From the NCBI GenBank assembly GCA_043228905.1, contig JBHGNT010000004.1:12524001-12588000 (forward strand): a stretch of DNA of 64,000 bases. The letters are read 5' to 3'. Source of the DNA: Azolla caroliniana. Its lineage: Eukaryota > Plantae > Polypodiophyta. The translations under genes were made by a program, and so were the position numbers. This document shows positions 60,209 through 64,000 of this stretch, one piece after another; position 1 is the first letter of the stretch; each line of letters begins with the position of its first letter. Under the pieces are notes generated by a model. The model ran no database searches and was not told the DNA's origin. It saw nothing but the letters and a program-made list of their open reading frames with translations.

Positions 60209-61372
60209 TGTCGTGGTGTAGTTTGTACACTACGTAAAATATTTGTGGAATACCCGATTGATTAAGTATAAAAAAATACGAGAAATACTACAATAATTAT
60301 GTTACATGCATAAGGCAAGATTGAACCTTGTAACTCCATGTTAACGATTTGAAGCCTTACCACTCTACTACCATATTATGAGTTTTAAATTTATACTAAA
60401 CATTATCCCATGTAAATATTCTAGATAAGCATAATAGAAGAAGTTTTTCATGCATACACACTCCAGTTAAAAGAAAAGATGTGATAGAAAGCTAATCATG
60501 CACATGTAGGGTGCATGAAAATTAAAGTTAGAAAAAGCATGATGCTTGCATGTGATAAACTTAGACTCTTCCATCACTATATAAGGAAGAGAGAAAGATG
60601 TATAGGGGTTGTTGATTTTTTATAAGGGTTGATTAATATAAAATATTTGTGGGATTCACGATTTTGCCATCTATTTCTCTCTTACAATCTTAGTATCAAT
60701 TGATACACTATACTCGTGGGATTCATGAGTTTCATATCTTCATCTTGCAATCTATTCATAACTAACCTTAACTCATATTCTTCTTTCTCCTAGTCCAAAA
60801 CCCCAGAGGTTCCCACCCGACTCACGCAAACGATCCGGAGTGAAAAGCCTGACACAAGTGGTGAACCCGACGTGAGAACAGGTGGCAAGGAGATGGAAAA
60901 TCAACAAGAGGTTAACAGCATGATGGCAATGTTCGAGCGGATGCTACAAGAACAACGCGTGATGTCGGAGATTGTGGCGGCAGTAGAGCGGCTTGTGCAA
61001 CATAACGGACAATTCAACGGGAAGGATGTGTCGCGATATTTGCGGGATTACCAGGCGGAAAGGCTACGGTGCCGAATATCGGAAGGATTGTAGGTAACAT
61101 CCTTCAATCCGGTGGCTACAGACGGGCTTCAAGGGAGTATCCATGGGATATGACAACAAAATCCAACGTGGGAAGCATTTGAAGAAACGCTAAAGACCAC
61201 ATTCACCATCGAGGACTCCTCCAAGGCAACGCGGAGGGGATTGGAAGATTGGGTGGAAACGCCAGACAAGGGGTTGAAGGTCCTCGATGTGTTTTCGGCA
61301 TTCGAAAGTTCGGGAGGTTGTCCGTGTGAGATCAAGCTATCCTCGCACCAAACAAAGTGATCATGTTCTTAC
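60209..61372 (+). mobile_element. Trp-PBS gypsy 5' part (LTR 60209-60854, PBS 60859-60875, gag start 60892)
   Basis: The LTR is homologous to the reverse complement of 2617-3513 but lacks its CCGG-rich block. TGGTGAACCCGACGTGA. Gag QFNGKDVSRYL. Confidence 0.9.
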
Positions 61373-64000
61373 TGTCATGATATGGCTAGACTCAAACCCA
61401 TGACCTTATGCTACATGGGTCGAGCTCTTACCATTAGACTATGAATTGTAATTTGTAGGATATTATTTTCATTTATGCTTTATCATAGAAAATTGATGTA
61501 TATTCCAGATCTCTCTGGAACATTCTAGAAGCTTCAGGATTATTCCTAAAAACACTATAAAAGGAGGCACAAGGCATTGTTTTGAACCAAATTGGTTCAA
61601 ACTGTCAGGAATAGTACTAAAGCAGAGATGGAATTAGTACTAAAGAAGAGTAGTACTATTAGTACTAAGAGGACGGGACTGCGTAAGATTCCCGAGAGAG
61701 GTTGGATCCGCACGAGGTTATACGCTCCTCGTAGGTCAATTTTAGTAAAAAACTTGGCACCATTAACTCGCTCTAAAAGACTTGATATAAGAGGAAGTGC
61801 ATACCTATTCCGGATGGTGACTTTATTCAATCCGCGGTAATCAACGACGAGACGAAGTGAGCCATCTTTCTTCTTGACAAAGAAGATGGGTGCACCGGCC
61901 GGAGATTTTGAATGACGGATGAACCTGCTTGCCAAGTTCTCCTCTATGTAGGCTCGAAGGACTTCTAACTCAGTGGGTGACAAGTTGTAAATTGGTCCCC
62001 ATGGTGGCTCGGTTCCTGGAGATGAATGGAAGACTGCCTTTCGCACGCGGTATGGGCATTTCGAGTATACTGTTATGCCGTTCGGCCTAACCAATGCACC
62101 CGCAGTCTTCCAACACATGGCAAATGATATATTCAGAGACCTCTTGGATATCTGTTTGATCATCTATTTGGATGATCTATTGATTTATTCAAAGACCCAG
62201 GAAGAGCACGATTCTCATGTACTATTAGTACTAAAGCGACTCCGCGAGAATGCTCTTTATGCCAAGCTAGAAAAATGTAGCTTTGACTGCAACCAAGTGG
62301 AATTTCTAGGGTACGTCATCTCCTCAAAGGGCATCGCCATGGATCCAGCTAAAATCCAAACTGTACTAGAGTGGCAAATTCCACGGTCGGTACAAGATGT
62401 ACAATGCTTTTTAGGTTTTGCTAACTTCTACCGTAAGTTTATACAGGATTACTCAAAGATTATTTTACCTCTCACACAACTTACGAAGAAGGGCCAAGAA
62501 TTTCTTTGGTCTAGCGAAGCAGATATGACTTTTCGGCATCTTAAGAAAGCCTTTACATCAGCACCCATTCTAGCTCATGTGGATACAAGCAAACAATTCA
62601 TCATGGAGGCCGACGCATCCGATTTCGCCCTCGGTAGCATCCTTTCTCAACAAGGAGATAAAGAAGAGTTGCATCCTGTGGCTTTCCATTCGCGCAAATT
62701 CGATGTCGCGGAAATCAACTACGAAATACATGACAAGGAGTTATTAGCCATTGTGGATTCATTTGTGTAATGGCGGCATTTCTTAGAGGGCTCTCCACAT
62801 CAGGTCATTGTCTTTAGCGATCATAAAAATCTTGCTTATTTCTAGAACACTCACGTACTTAATCGACGGCAAGCTCGGTGGGCGCAATTCCTCACGCGTT
62901 TCAACTTCAAAATCACATATCGACCGGGGAAGCAGCAAGGAAAAGTAGATGCACTATCACGGCGTTCATATCTTGCACCTCGTCCTGGTGATGCAACATT
63001 TGATAATCAAAAGCAAGTAATCTTGGGACCAACACGATTGCACACAACGCGGATTTTTCACACCCCGATGGATTCACGGATTACCAATGACATATGTGCA
63101 ATCTTGAAGACGGATAGTTTGGCTCAAGACATCCTGGCACACATTGATACTTCTCGGGCATCCTGTTCTCAGTCTCAACAACCAGGTATTGACTACCGAC
63201 AATTTGAATATCATGATGGTTTGTTATTCTTTAAAAAGCGCGTATATGTCCCCGATTGCTCTTGTCGCCTTCAAATCATCCAGCATTGTAACGACACCCA
63301 TACGGCGGGACATTTCGGTAATACTAAGAAGTTGGAGCTAGTGCAACGATCTTTTTGGTGGCCCCACATGCGCCGTTTTGTCGATGACTACGTTCGGACC
63401 TGTGATGCTTGCTGTCGAGCAAAGATGCCACGACACCATCCATATGGCTTGTTGGAACCCTTACCGATTCCAAGTAAGCCGTGGCAGTCTATTTGTCTTG
63501 ATTTTATCACAGATCTGCCGGTCTCGAAGGGGTTCGATGCTATCCAGATGGATCTCTCTACTCACCTTCGTCATGCTCAACACACACAGAAGGCTTATGC
63601 GGATCGTCATTGGATTCCCTCCTCTTTTGCCATTGGAGATCGAGTATGGCTCTTATGTCGTCATATGAGGTCACATTCCACATTGATCTCCCTCCGCAGC
63701 TTCACATACATCCGATTTTCCATTGCTCTCTTCTTGAACCTTATAAAGCAAACACCATTCCCGATCGTGTGACACTACCGCCACCCCCGCTGGAGTTCGA
63801 CGCCGGCCCGGAGTATGAAGTTGCTGCCATCCTCGATTCCAAACTTGTTCGCAACAAACTGTATTATTTGGTTGATTGACTCGGTTATAGTCCGAGTGAA
63901 CGTACTTGGGAACCCGTTGAGCATGTTGCCAATGCTCAAGATCTTCTTGCTGATTTCCACTGAAAGTATCCGAACAAACCCGGTCCGCAATCAGCGTCGA
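61373..64000 (+). mobile_element. Rearranged chromovirus (same subfamily as 9896-15495): U3, inverted U5, inverted RT piece, RT-RH, deleted INT, chromodomain
   Basis: Near-identical to 9896-15010 in blocks. Gag-PR is missing, and the integrase core is deleted at about 63545. Confidence 0.92.

Overview
Eukaryotic, gene-poor, heterochromatin-like DNA made almost entirely of nested, decayed transposable elements. The element types, Arabidopsis-type telomere motifs and a plant-type RPL21 retrocopy indicate a land plant, most likely a moss such as Physcomitrium (inference). The contents are: Ty1/copia pieces with iMet PBSs; non-chromovirus Ty3/gypsy elements with a tRNA-Trp PBS and 4-bp TSDs; one gypsy with a tRNA-Arg PBS and a tandemly quadruplicated RT domain; Tcn1-like chromoviruses with 5-bp TSDs; a hAT remnant carrying an RPL21 retrocopy; and a probable CACTA end. 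No intact host gene was found. The main unexplained system is a tandemly arranged repeat without recognisable protein domains (36339-40406 and 46803-48422). Each copy has a telo/TATA motif followed by a type I hammerhead ribozyme with a palindromic helix III (36415-36479 and 47315-47379), and downstream CCCTAAA-like tracts. This fits a candidate non-LTR retrozyme or Penelope-dependent element. Other signals are Tf1-type self-priming in the chromovirus, including a rearranged copy that joins the self-primer directly to the inverted U5; -1 frameshift slippery sites with predicted pseudoknots in both gypsy families; and antisense tRNA-like A-box/B-box modules in the LTRs of both families. All coordinates and pairings were read by eye, and no searches were run.
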